From Octopus vulgaris (lineage: Eukaryota): a stretch of 64,000 nt of DNA. The DNA lies in the NCBI GenBank assembly GCA_951406725.2, contig OX597831.1, positions 57,908,001 to 57,972,000 of the forward strand, written 5' to 3'. Of the stretch, positions 14,238 through 25,232 are shown in pieces. The notes beneath the pieces were generated by a model that saw only the letters and a list, made by a program, of their open reading frames with translations, was not told the DNA's origin and ran no database searches. The position numbers were made by a program, and so were the translations under genes. Numbering within the stretch: the first letter of the stretch is position 1; each line of letters opens with the position of its first letter.

Positions 14238-16879
14238 TATATCTACATTAATAAATGACAGAATGACAGACTGGCACCTACAATATTCTACTCATAAGGT
14301 ACTGGCCAACTTGAAACTCTTTTAGAAAACACTTACCCCTAGGTGTCCACTGTAGAATTAAACCCATGTGGTTCTTAAGTACATCTTTTAATCTTTTCCA
14401 TTTTTCACTCATTTCAATCATTAGACTGCAGCTAATGCTGGAGAACCACCTTTAAGGGTTTTAGTCAAATGAATCAACCCCAGAACTAATTTTTGTATAA
14501 GCCTGATGCTTATTCTATTGGTCTCTTTTGCTGAACTGCTTAGTTACTGGGATGTAACTAGCCAATGCCAGTTGTTATATGCTAGTGGTTGACAAGTACA
14601 AATATAAAGACACACACATGCACACACACACACATGTGCACGCACACACACATGTATGTATGTACATATGTGTGTATGTATGTATGTATGTATGTATGTA
14701 TGTACGTATGTGTGTATGTATGTACGTATGTGTGTATGTATGTATGTATGTATGTATGTATGTATGTATGTGTTTGTGTCTTTCCATCTATAAAAGCTAC
14801 TCACAAGGCTTTGGTCAGCCAAAGGCTGTAATAGCAGACATTTGCCCTAGGTGCCATGCTGGGTGACTGAACCCCAAGTGATATGTTTGGAAAGCAAGTT
14901 TCTTACTACACAGCCACACCTATGTATGTATGTATGTATGTATGTATGTATGTATGTATGTATGTATGTATGTATGTATGTATGTATGTATGTATGTATG
15001 TATGTATGTATACATGCATGTATATTTATGTATATACATATGTATCCATGCGTGTATGTATGTATGCCTGTATGTATGTATATATGTATGTTTGTATGTA
15101 TGTATGTATGCATGCATGCATGTATGTATGTATGTATGTATGTATGTATGTATGTATGTATGTATGTATGTATGTATGTATGTATGTATGTATGTATGTA
15201 TGTATGTATGTATGTATGTGTGTGTGTATATGTAAGTATGTAAAAATGACTGAATTACCAACTTCTATTCACTAAATTCTTCTAATAAAGTATCATTCAA
15301 TTTAGGGATCTTGTAGAAGGCACTTGTCCCTAGGTGTTCACAGTGGGATAAAACTAATGTGATTCTAAAGCATACTTTTTAACCACATGAATATTCCTAA
15401 GTGTAATAGTATTATTAACAAAGTATAAACAAGGAATAAACCAGATTCTAGAAATTTTCTTGCAAGTTTATATATATCAAACACTTTGATGATGCTATTT
15501 TTTGCTGAATGTATCATTTGTCCCCAGGGGACATTTTCTGGTTTTTCAATAACTTAAATTGTATTTGATTATTTTTATTCCTTCTTTAACTCAGGGATCA
15601 TTTCCTGCTCGGTTTCAAGGTGTACATGTAATTAATGAGCCTTGGTATTTTACCTGGACATATGCAATGGTCAAACCATTTCTGAAAAGAAAGCTTTCAA
15701 AAAAGGTGAATATCTGTATTATTTTCTTTTCAGTATTTATCTTTTCTTTTGTCTTTTATTTTACTTGTTTCAGTCATTAGACTGTGGCCATACTGGGGCA
15801 TCACCTTGAAGAATTTTTTGTCGAACTTATTGAGCCCATTATTTATTATATTTTATGTAAAGCTTGGTATTTATTCTATAAGACTTTTTTGTCAAACTAA
15901 GGTGGTGAGCTGGCAGAAACGTTAGCATGCTGGGCGAAATGCTTAGTGGTATTTCATCTGTCTATAGGTTCTGAGTTCAAATTCTGCTGAGGTCAACTTT
16001 GCCTTTCATCGTTTCAGAGTGGATAAATTAAGTACCAGTTGCATACTGGAGTTGATCTAATCGACTGGACCAGCATGAGGGCCAGTCAGGCGGTATTGGC
16101 AATGGCTACACTCAAATGGTGTTTTTTACATGCCACCTGCCCAGGTGCCAGTCCAGTGGTACTGGCAACGATCTCGCTCGAGTATTTTTTTCATGTGCCA
16201 GTAAGGTGGCATTGGTAACGATCACATTCGAATGGTGCCCTTTACGTGCCACCAGCATGGAAGCCAGTCAGCTGCTCTGGCAACGGTCACACTCGGATGA
16301 GGCTCTTAGTGCTCTACCAACACGGATGCCAGTCATCGAATTTGATTTCCATTTCGATTTCACTTGCCTCGACAGGTCTTCGCAAGCAGAGTTTAGTGTC
16401 CAATGAAGGAAAGGTATGCATAAGTGGGCTGGTTATACCCCTGGCATAGGCCATGGGTTATGGTCTCACTTGGCTTGCCGAGTCTTCTCAAGCACTGCAT
16501 ATTTCCAAAGGTCTCAGTCACTAGTCATTGCCTCGGTAAGGCCTAATGTTCAAAGGTTGTGCTTCACCACCTCATCCCAGGTCTATATATGTTCTTAATG
16601 AAAACTTAATGGTGTAAGATGTAGTGAGAGGTGTGAGTTATTTTGGTAGAGTTAAATGGTGGTATGTTTTGCTTACATATATAGATATACTCATATGGGT
16701 TCAATAATTATAAAGAGTATTACTGTTTGTATTTTCAGGTTTTTGTCCATGGATATAGTTTGGAAAATTTCTGGGACTATTTTGACCAAGATTCCATGCC
16801 AAAAGAATTAGGAGGAGGAGGTCCAAGTTATGATTCTCAAATTCTGATAGATGCTTTAAAAAAGCTTGAAAACGAGTAA
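8768..16879 (+). CDS. RLBP1: Retinaldehyde-binding protein 1 (CRALBP)-like CRAL-TRIO protein; join(8768..9029,11784..11899,13131..13352,15595..15705,16739..16879), 283 aa
   Basis: Five exons with GT-AG introns and compatible phases (1,0,0,0) give an 852-nt open frame. Motifs FLLRFLRARKFDV, GYPCLLPLRDKEGR, IENW, LIENF, MVDILQGSFPARF, EPWYFTWTYAMVKPFLK, VFVHG and MPKELGG align colinearly with human RLBP1 as recalled (FLRARKFNV, GYPGVLSSRDKYGR, IIENF, MVDMLQDSFPARF, QPWYFTTTYNVVKPFLK, VFVHG). Confidence 0.9.
9085..9545 (+). mobile_element. Nested tRNA-derived SINEs in RLBP1-like intron 1
   Basis: An older SINE (tggcttagcggttagg...) is interrupted by a younger one at about 9188-9492 (A box tggcctagtagtt, B box ggttcgaatc), flanked by the direct repeat actttatttc(g/a)t. 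Confidence 0.7.
11784..11899 (+). CDS. RLBP1: RLBP1-like coding exon 2
   Basis: Poly-T tract + ACTCACAG acceptor; (G)HLKFHKNYPQLTSDLTLESVQPCLERGYPCLLPLRDKE; donor GAG|GTATGT. Absent from the ORF track (too short). Confidence 0.92.
13131..13352 (+). CDS. RLBP1: RLBP1-like coding exon 3
   Basis: Acceptor TCTTTTGCAG; GRTVFCFSIENW...GCVLIENFYNYSLKQAWGLKTSELKAMVDILQ; donor CAG|GTAAGG. Confidence 0.93.
13417..13695. mobile_element. MITE, Merlin-like
   Basis: ~45-bp TIRs (g[g/c]atctt..gctttgaccggcagatttttaaaataatttc) and an 8-bp TSD GAGAATGG (13409-13416, 13696-13703). GG termini with 8-9-bp TSDs are typical of Merlin. Confidence 0.75.
14660..15220. repeat. (TATG)n microsatellite tracts in RLBP1-like intron 3
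   Basis: Directly visible; source of the MYVC/HTYI ORFs. Confidence 0.95.
15595..15705 (+). CDS. RLBP1: RLBP1-like coding exon 4
   Basis: Acceptor TTTAACTCAG; GSFPARFQGVHVINEPWYFTWTYAMVKPFLKRKLSKK; donor AAG|GTGAAT. Confidence 0.93.
16739..16879 (+). CDS. RLBP1: RLBP1-like terminal coding exon 5
   Basis: Acceptor ATTTTCAG; VFVHGYSLENFWDYFDQDSMPKELGGGGPSYDSQILIDALKKLENE then TAA. Confidence 0.92.
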   Translation, partial: VFVHGYSLENFWDYFDQDSMPKELGGGGPSYDSQILIDALKKLENE

Positions 16880-16936
16880 GACAGAGCAAAACTGGTTCTA
16901 TATTTAAAACAAAGATAATATATTTAATTAATAATG

Positions 16937-16948
16937 AATAAAAATAAA
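16937..16948 (+). terminator. Candidate polyadenylation signals of the RLBP1-like gene
   Basis: Two adjacent AATAAA hexamers about 60 nt after the stop codon. The context is AT-rich, so chance occurrence is possible. Confidence 0.4.
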
Positions 16949-17599
16949 ACTAGTTTGAAACCACTTGCCTATTTTCTGTGTGATGAGGGGAAAATGAAAA
17001 ATATGATTTACTGTCAAATAGATAAAACTGGTAGCTTGCTTTTTGACACGAAAAGATGATTAGCAAACTGGCATTGGTGAGATTTTAAGTTAGAAAGGTT
17101 AAATGAATACTGTAGAAGATTTTTGTCCAATGCTCTATTAACTCTGTTAATCGATCACCTATATATATATATATATATATATAATAATAGGGAGTATAGC
17201 TCCAAACTTACAGGGAAAAATTCGATTTAGTATTAAATCAAATTTCACAGTATAAATATATAAAATATGAATTAGAGATAAAACCACTATTATGCGACTC
17301 AAACAGTGATAGACATAAACCAATACATAAATAACAAATAATATAAATAATATAAATAATATAAATATAATTAATATAATATATAATATATATATATAAT
17401 TTTTTTTTCAAAAAGTATAAAAAGAATGATAAATATAATACACTGAGTATTCTTTTTATACTTTAAAAAAAAATTATATATATATATATATTATATATTA
17501 TCTTAATTATATTTATATTATTTATATTATTTGTTATTTATGTATTGGTTTATGTCTATCACTGTTTGAGTTGCATGGTAGTGGTTTTATCTCTAATTC

Positions 17600-17642
<43 letters not shown>

Positions 17643-17667
17643 GCATATGAATATATGCAGAGGTATC

Positions 17668-17954
17668 CAGTGGTGGACTGGGTCTAAAAATATTGGTTGC
17701 CAGGAGACTAAGGGGGCCCACCCGCAACTACAATGCTATCATTTAATATTTTTTCCATTAAAAGTATTTTCAACTGTCTACAAACACAGCCAGGCTGAAA
17801 TAATCGATGTATTATTCCAGGAGTGAATTAAAAATTCTCAAACTTGAGGGGATGGGCCCCTTAGATACGAACATGGGCCCCCATATGTGGATTCTAATGG
17901 CACAGGGGCCCACTTGTCATTGAGCAAGCTGGCAACCTGGCCGGTCCGCCATTG
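17668..17954. mobile_element. hAT-type MITE
   Basis: TIRs CAGTGGTGGACTGG / CCGGTCCGCCATTG with a perfect 8-bp TSD GAGGTATC on both sides. Confidence 0.85.
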
Positions 17955-19454
17955 GAGGTATCTAACTGATGTCTATTTGTCTGTCAAGATAGATAGAAAG
18001 ATAGGTAGATAGACAGATAGATACATGTATATGTACATACATACCTACCTTATATATATATATATATGCACACATGAATTTATGCTTACATAGACATATA
18101 TATCTATCAATCAATCTATCTGTCTGTCTGTCTGTCTGTCTGCCTGCCTGTCTGTCTATCTATCTCTCTATCTCTCTATCTGTTTACTTACTTTTTATAC
18201 ATACATGTATATAGATGTGCATATGCATCTATAGATATATATGCGTTCATCTATACTTCGATGTGCAAATGTGTGCATCTGTCTGTCTAGCCATCTATAT
18301 ATTTATGTACACATACATATACTTAGTGTGCTGTGGTCATGGATGGTCAACTGATGAATTAATTTGAAGTACATTGCAGGTCTGAAGCAAGGTTATTTGT
18401 TGTTCTTACTCTTTTCAACATTTTCTTGGAATTTATCATGAATGAACCGAAAAGTCACTCACAAATGTCCACTCCATGGACACTGGATATGCTGACAACG
18501 CAATTCTTGATATCTAGAATCTTTGACAAAGTGAAACTATCTACTAAATAATAAAACAAAGCATGTTAAGAAAGAATTATGGAAATTAATGGCATGAAAC
18601 ACAAAAGCCTGTCAAACACTTTGGATTGTTCAAAAGTAGAACATGTCAATCTCATTTGTACAGTACTAAATATGATTTTCTCTCTTCCATACACACGCGA
18701 GCATGTATCTGACTCATACACTGTTCGCTCTCCAGACATTTGTACATTACTGCATATACTTTATATGCACTTTTGACAAGTTGTGGTGCACCTCAGCACT
18801 GTATACAATAATTTCATCATTATTTAATGTGTAAACGTAGATCACACTGTAATCTGTTGCATTTGGGAAACTAAGGAAACATAATCTTGAACAGGCAATG
18901 TGTCAGCTTGTTCCAAATTAAGCTCTACAAGGTCCTTATTCTTTCCACCACAAACTATGTTGCAGAAACATGGGCCCTAGAAATCTGAAGATTGATGCAG
19001 TCTAGGAGGTTTTGTAATCAGAGAAGTGTTGAGGTATTTCTGTAAATAAAAAAAAATTAAAAAATCCCTTTCTATGATATACATTATCATTGATTTAATA
19101 AGAAGTGATTGAAAGCGTTTGGCCAAGCAGCAAGAAAGCCACATATTAACTACATAGTGCTGACATTTTTGTAAAGACTTCCCAAACCCCAGAGTGTATG
19201 ATTGACAGCTTAAGAAGTGGACTTCTAAGATCTAGAAGAACATGTTTATCACTTGAAAGATTGACAATCAAAGAGGGTGATAGTGGTTCACATCTTATAT
19301 ACTTGATATCTGCTAAGTTTCCACTCTATTCTGGCAGAAGATTTCTCTGAACCTTCATTTTCTTTGTCTTACATAACGAAGCATAAGTATGCTAAAAGTG
19401 GTATTCAGAGTGTTACTCAAAACGAGTTTAAAAATAAAAAAAATAATAATAATG

Positions 19455-19890
19455 ATAATAATGAAATTATTGTATACAGTGCTCAGGTGCACCACAACTT
19501 GTCAAAAGTGCGTATAAAGTATATGCAGTAGTGTACAAATGTGTGAAAAGTGAACAGTGAATGAGTCAGATACATGCCTGCATGTGTATGGAGGGAGGAA
19601 AATCAGGTGTAGTGTTGGTGAATCTCAAGAAGCATGGAAGTTTTGAAGGATGCAGTGCTCCGATAACTAACAACTGATGTTGGTAGTCTGTTCCATGCTT
19701 CAGCAACTCTTAGCGAGAGAAAATGTTTCCGAAAGTCTAGGGAGCGGTGCTGTTTTCTGACTTTGTAAACATGTCCACGGATGTTAGACAGGTGGAGTTT
19801 GAAAAGGTGCTCAGAGTTATTGTTTGTAAGATGGTTAATAATTTTATGGGTGTCTGCCAAGTCAGCTGCCAGACGTTGGAGTTTCAATGT
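19455..19890 (-). mobile_element. CR1-clade LINE 3' end
   Basis: LKLQRLAADLADTHKII...RGHVYKV...RKHFLSLRVAEAWNRLP, a CR1-type ORF2 C-terminus, followed by 3' UTR and (ATT)n tail. A second tail copy lies at 18673-18823 (+). Confidence 0.8.
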
Positions 19891-21696
19891 GTCTCATGCC
19901 CAGGAAAAATAAAACTTACTGAAAAACTGAGAAAACGTAAGTTGAAGTTAGAGTTGGTAGAACCAACAATTAATTAGATTATATCAAATATATTAAAATA
20001 TCAAACTATGTATAGCAAATATTAAAACAGCTTGTGATGGCTATCCACAAGTGTAAGCCTTATGAGCCAGAGTGGCTGTTTCAGCACAATTCACTTGCCA
20101 TCCTCCAGGGCAATACCCTTTTCCATTTAGTCCACTGAGACTGTGAGGTGGTCTGAATTACAGGAAATTGAGAGAATGTAAAAATTTCATAGCCTAATTC
20201 TCTTTTTTTTTTTGCCTTTTCTTTTACTTTTGGTTTCATTAGACATTCATTTATAACTGGATGTTGAGAAAGAGAAGTATATAGTTTTAATTTAAAATGT
20301 AAAAACTGGAGTAGTTTATAAAAGGCTGTCATTCATGTTTATATTTACTGCCTGAAAAGCAGAATTTTTGAATTATAAACATCACATACACACGTACACG
20401 TACACACATACATACACACACACGGACATATGGCCATACATGCTAGCTGTTGCCTATGACATGGGATTATATATTGTCTTTCATTGTATCCCAATAGGAT
20501 TGTTGTGCCAATAATAAACACACATGATGGTTCTATTTTATTTCTTTCATTATTGTTAGACCTAGAGTACAGAGGGCATATCATTGATGAGGTTGCAAAT
20601 GGTGATGAATAAACTCTAACGAACCTAGTTGATTATTTGATTGAATTATCAACTAATCAAACAATTGATTAATTAATTGGTTGAAAGGCTAATTAGTAGA
20701 CTAACAATAACAAAAGTAAAATTGGAGCAGTGCACGTGGCATGTGTTTACTACGTAGTGTGGTTATGACAAAAACTTGTCAGTTGATATGGGTCATTTAT
20801 TGCTATGTTATTACATGGTTTCATGCAACACAGGTAGAGTCAATTTTATTTGAACATCGTGGTTTACAGGTGCTGGAGATCTTCAACAGAAATTTGATAG
20901 CTAGGTTGATTTTCCACAACATTGCACATACCTATGGCTGCATTGATTTTTTATTTTTTTTCTATCTCTGGATTGTGTATAGTGCTGTGAAAACGGCTAT
21001 TAGGAGAATTACATTTGGTTGAGTATGGAGGTGTGTGAAAACAGGTGTTTGAGAGGAATTTACCTGGGACCAAACTCAACAAGGTCTGCATTCTCTCTGC
21101 ATTCATTTGCAGTATTTAAAGCCTCTGTTGATATAAAGTTCTTGTGATTAACATGTGAACAAAAAGTTCTGATTGGCTGAAATGGAGCCTGGATGCATGA
21201 TGTGCTTGTAATCCACATTTGATTGAAAACGGGGTTGAAATCAACTGCCATAATTATTTGCCTAATAACCCTCCTGAGATATGACAAAATCTGTTACAAC
21301 ACACAATTTCACATGAAGAATCTTGCAAATCAAAGGCTAAAAAACGAAATATATATAATGTAAAATTTTCCAAGTAAAAATCATTTCAATAAATTGAGAC
21401 TGTATATTTGTTTTAAAACATTTTCCTGTGTTTCGAATATTTGCTAATAAATTGATTAACTGTCCATTCAAGCAACTGTTTCTTTGATTTCCGGTCATTC
21501 GTATTTTGGTTAATTGTTTTGGGTGAATTCACAAAAAGTCGTTAGAATAATAATAATAAAAAAATCACCACTCAGTTTCGTATTACCATCAGCTTTATCT
21601 CACTTAATGTTAAAGGTACGTAGCTCTCGCTTGATGAGGAAGAGTCACTTCCCTTGAATCATATTTCGGTCGTCATCTGCTATTTGACATGGAATT

Positions 21697-23025
21697 GTGG
21701 ATGGGCTGAAAAGTTCATAGGGCTGTCTATGAAGGAGTGAAACCAGAGCTGTGAAATCGTGCATGCATTAATTTCAGCAGTTCTTGTTAATAATTTCATT
21801 GTTTCTTTCCAGGTAAACTGACATCTGATTGTTCAAGGAAGATTTCAAAAGTAACTAGTAGCCACTTCTCTTGAAAATGGGCAAGATTTGGCATCATGAT
21901 GTTATCAAGTACCTGCAGGAAAAGGGTTTAGTTCCCAAGGACATTCATGTTGACATGGTCGCTTCATTAGGGGATGGGATGATGCTTCAGTTTTATCAAT
22001 CAACTGTGCAAAAGTGAGCAGCTGAATTAAGGAGGGGAAGGGAGACTCTTGAAGCTGACCCAAGGTCTGGATAACCCGCAACTGTTACCTATTTCTTTAT
22101 TACCAACAAGGGGCTAAACATAGAGAGGACAAACAAGGACAGACAAACAGATTAAGTCGATTATATCGACCCCAATGTGTAACTGGTACTTATTTAATCG
22201 ACCCTGAAAGGATGAAAGGCAAAGTTGACCTTGGCGGAATTTGAACTCAGAACGTAACGGCAGACGAAATACGGCTACGCATTTCGCCCGGTGTGCTAAC
22301 GTTTCTGCCAGCTTGCTGCCTTTATCCTGCAACTCTTACCACTGAGGAAAACATTGATCACGTTCGCCCCATGGTGATAGATGACAGGCGATTGACTGTA
22401 AATCAAATAGTCAATGCTGTTAGCATATCCAGTGAGAGAGTTGAGAATATTCAGCACAATGGACTTAGTATGGTGACGATTTCTGTTTGGTGAGTGCTAC
22501 ACCTTCTGACACCTGATCAGAACCAGGCTAATCACATCACGGGGAAATCTGACATGGTTTGAGCCAGATCCAGCTGGTTTCTTTGCATGTTTCCTCACCA
22601 AGGATGAGTGTCGGGTTCATTACTTTCAGGCAGAGACAAAGAGACAATCCATGCAGTGGAAGCACCCCCTCCTCAACTGCCCCAAAGAAGGCCAAAGTCA
22701 TTTCATCTGTAAGGAAGGTGATGGCTTCAGTTTTTGGGATGCAATAGGCAGTGTGTTTATTGACTATCTTGAAAAGGGCCACACCATCAATGGAAAATAG
22801 TATACAACTTGCTGAGACAGTTACAAAAGTCTATGAAAACAAAACGCCCAAGAAAACTGACAAAAGGAGCGTTATTTCATCAGGACAATGCTCCAGTATA
22901 CAAGCCTTTGGTTTTAATGACTGCTGTGCGTAACTGTGGCTTTAAACTGGTTGATCACCCTCCCTATTCTCCTCATTTGGCCCCATCTGACTATCATCTG
23001 TTCCTCAATATGAAAAAACACTTGC
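21697..23025 (+). mobile_element. Mariner (DD34D) transposon remnant, interrupted by a SINE
   Basis: Left end gggctgaaaagttcatagg; ATG at 21877 MGKIWHHDVIKYL; DPRSG, DDRRLTV, KDECRVHYF, HQDNAP, PPYSPHLAPSDYHLF; multiple frameshifts; right TIR missing. Confidence 0.88.
22090..22320 (-). mobile_element. SINE family B inserted in the mariner ORF
   Basis: Head ggc.g..agctggcagaaacgttagc, B-box-like gagttcaaatt, 3' end ...taaagaaatag; degenerate TSD ccgcaactgttacc / ctgcaactcttacc. Confidence 0.8.
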
Positions 23026-23359
23026 TTAAGAACCCAGTTGTTGATGACTTGATGATCAGCAATGGAAGATTCTTCACCTATTGTAAAATGTGAAGGTAAT
23101 ATCTTGACTGAATTAGAATTATTTCTAAGAAATGTAAGGCTTCCAATAGAAGTGGATAGAACCATAAACAATAATAACTTGCAGAATTCCATGATAATAC
23201 TTAAATATGTATGTGGCCATAGGAGAGAGAGAAGCTTAAGTTTACTAAACCTTATACAGACATATCAATGCTCATCCATGACACAAGACATTAAATTTAA
23301 TAGACAGAAACTAATTTTGTTAACAGAAAATCATACTGTGATCTCTCTCTCTCTCTCTG

Positions 23360-23603
23360 AGGCACGTGGCTTAGTGGTTAGGGTGTCAGCATCATGATCG
23401 CAAGATTGTAGTTTCGATTCCTGGACCGGGTGATGCGTTGTGTTCTTGAGCAAAACACTTCATTTCACATTGCTCCAGTCCACTCAGCTGGCAAAAATGA
23501 GTAACGATGCGATGAACTGGCATCCCGTCCAGCTGGGGAACGCATACGCCATGGAAACCAGGAAACTGGGCCCATGAGCTTGGCTAAGCTTTAAAAGGGC
23601 ACA
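23360..23603 (+). mobile_element. tRNA-derived SINE (family D)
   Basis: A box tggcttagtgg, B box gtttcgattcc, then gtgttcttgagcaaaacacttcatttcac. Related copies at about 42060-42320 and 47590-47880. Confidence 0.7.
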
Positions 23604-23785
23604 AAAAAAACATATACATATTGCTTAGGCATTGCGATAATAATAATGTGGTGTAGAACTCAATACACATATGTTTCAGGACAAAATATTAGTCGAGAAC
23701 AGAGCAGTAATGAGGAAAAAAAGATGACATAGGAATAAACGATTATCTTATGAACGTCATTAGCTTACAGCACTTCCTGTTTGAG

Positions 23786-23864
23786 GCTCTGATGAAGCTA
23801 TAATCTGTTACTCAGGCCCCCAACTTTGAGTCCATCACATCTTATAGCAGAAACAGCTGCAAGC
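23786..23864 (+). ncRNA. Minimal type-I hammerhead ribozyme motif
   Basis: GCT CTGATGA A GCTATAA..long loop..TTATAGC A GAAAC AGCT G(C)A AGC. The inverted arm of the same element preserves the GTA triplet. Confidence 0.65.
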
Positions 23865-23943
23865 TAATGAAATTCATAAGATAATCATTTATTCCTTTGT
23901 CTCTCCTTTTTTCTTAGTTGTAATTTCTTGTCTTATATATAAA

Positions 23944-24346
23944 CTAGCAGTATCGCCCGGCGTTGCTCGGGTTTGTAAGGGAAATAACTATATAAGCATT
24001 TTTAGAGAGTTACTTGCCTTATATAATAGCAAAAATGCATTAAAAATGGAAAAAAAATGATGGTAAATTTTTTTAAAAATCGTAAACTCATCGTAGACAT
24101 TTTTAGAGAGTTACTTCCCTTATATAATAGCAAAAAAGATGCATTAAAAATGGAAAAAAATGATGGTAAATTTTTTTAAAATCGTAGACTCATCGTAGAC
24201 GCGCACTAATACCCAGAATGGCTCGATATGAATCACGACTATAAGATATCCACTTTTGGTTAAGCTGCACCGCAAAATGTGGGAGTAGTTAGGAATCTGA
24301 ATCGTAGGAGACAGACACCACACAACTTCAGTTTTATATATAAAGA
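23944..24346 (-). mobile_element. Non-autonomous Helitron with internal ~100-bp tandem duplication
   Basis: On the minus strand: A|TCTTTATATATAAAA...cccgagcaacgccggg hairpin...CTAG|T. The unit catttttagagagttactt...atcgtagac is repeated (about 23997-24098 and 24098-24200). Confidence 0.8.
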
Positions 24347-25198
24347 TATCTATTATACATTAAAAGTCAGATTGAAGCTTGCTTGCAATGTTACCCAGCC
24401 AAACTGGTGCATAATGGGAAAATACTATGACTTAAGTCCCTACAGAAATGTAAATATGAATGAAATGAAACAAATTTTGTGTAAATTGGATAAGTGGTTG
24501 TGAAGATATTAAGGGTTTTCAGGGTATAGATATCCAAAACGGGGCATAATGGGAAAAGTTTCTGAAATTATCTTAATCCTGAAGGGAAGTAACTCTTAAC
24601 TTTTGATTAGACTAGCTTGACAATGAAAAAATACAATTTGTTTTTTTACAGTAAATAATCATTTAGAAATATTTTTAAGTGAATGTGATTTCAAAAATGT
24701 AAGTTGTTTATAAAATAAGTGTTTATATTTTAGCTTTCTTTAAACAGATAATATTCTAATGTTTTTAAAATTATTTTCAAGTGAATAACGTTACAAATTT
24801 CTTACAAAAGACCCGTTTGTAAACTTGGTGTGAAATAATTTTTTTCGATAGGTATTTTTTGAGTGCATTCAACTTATCTCACTTCTAAAGCTTTGGCTGC
24901 TATTTCTAGCACATCATACTACCACATAATTACTATTTGCAATAAAGGACCCCAAATACCTGTTATATGGTTGCAAGGCGTGCAAGAAATAGCAGCCAGA
25001 TCTTTCCTTTTCTGGGAAAAGGGGCCATTTACTTGTGATGTCAATGTCACATTCATTGAAAGTATGTGAAATAACCTGGAAAAGAAAAAAAAAACACGAA
25101 ATAAAACTCTGTTGTTGGGAAACTCAGAATGTGAAGATGGATGAAATACCACTGAGCATTTTGCCTGGCATGCTAGTAATTTTGCCAGCTCACTGCCT

Positions 25199-25232
<34 letters not shown>

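Noticed and set aside
21060-21290. Minus-strand ORF with apparent acceptor and donor, as a candidate exon
   Set aside because: The 'acceptor' (gtgaaattgtgtgttg.aacagat) recurs at about 57120 and, more loosely, at 62650, so it is part of a repeat. There is no recognisable protein similarity and no partner exon.
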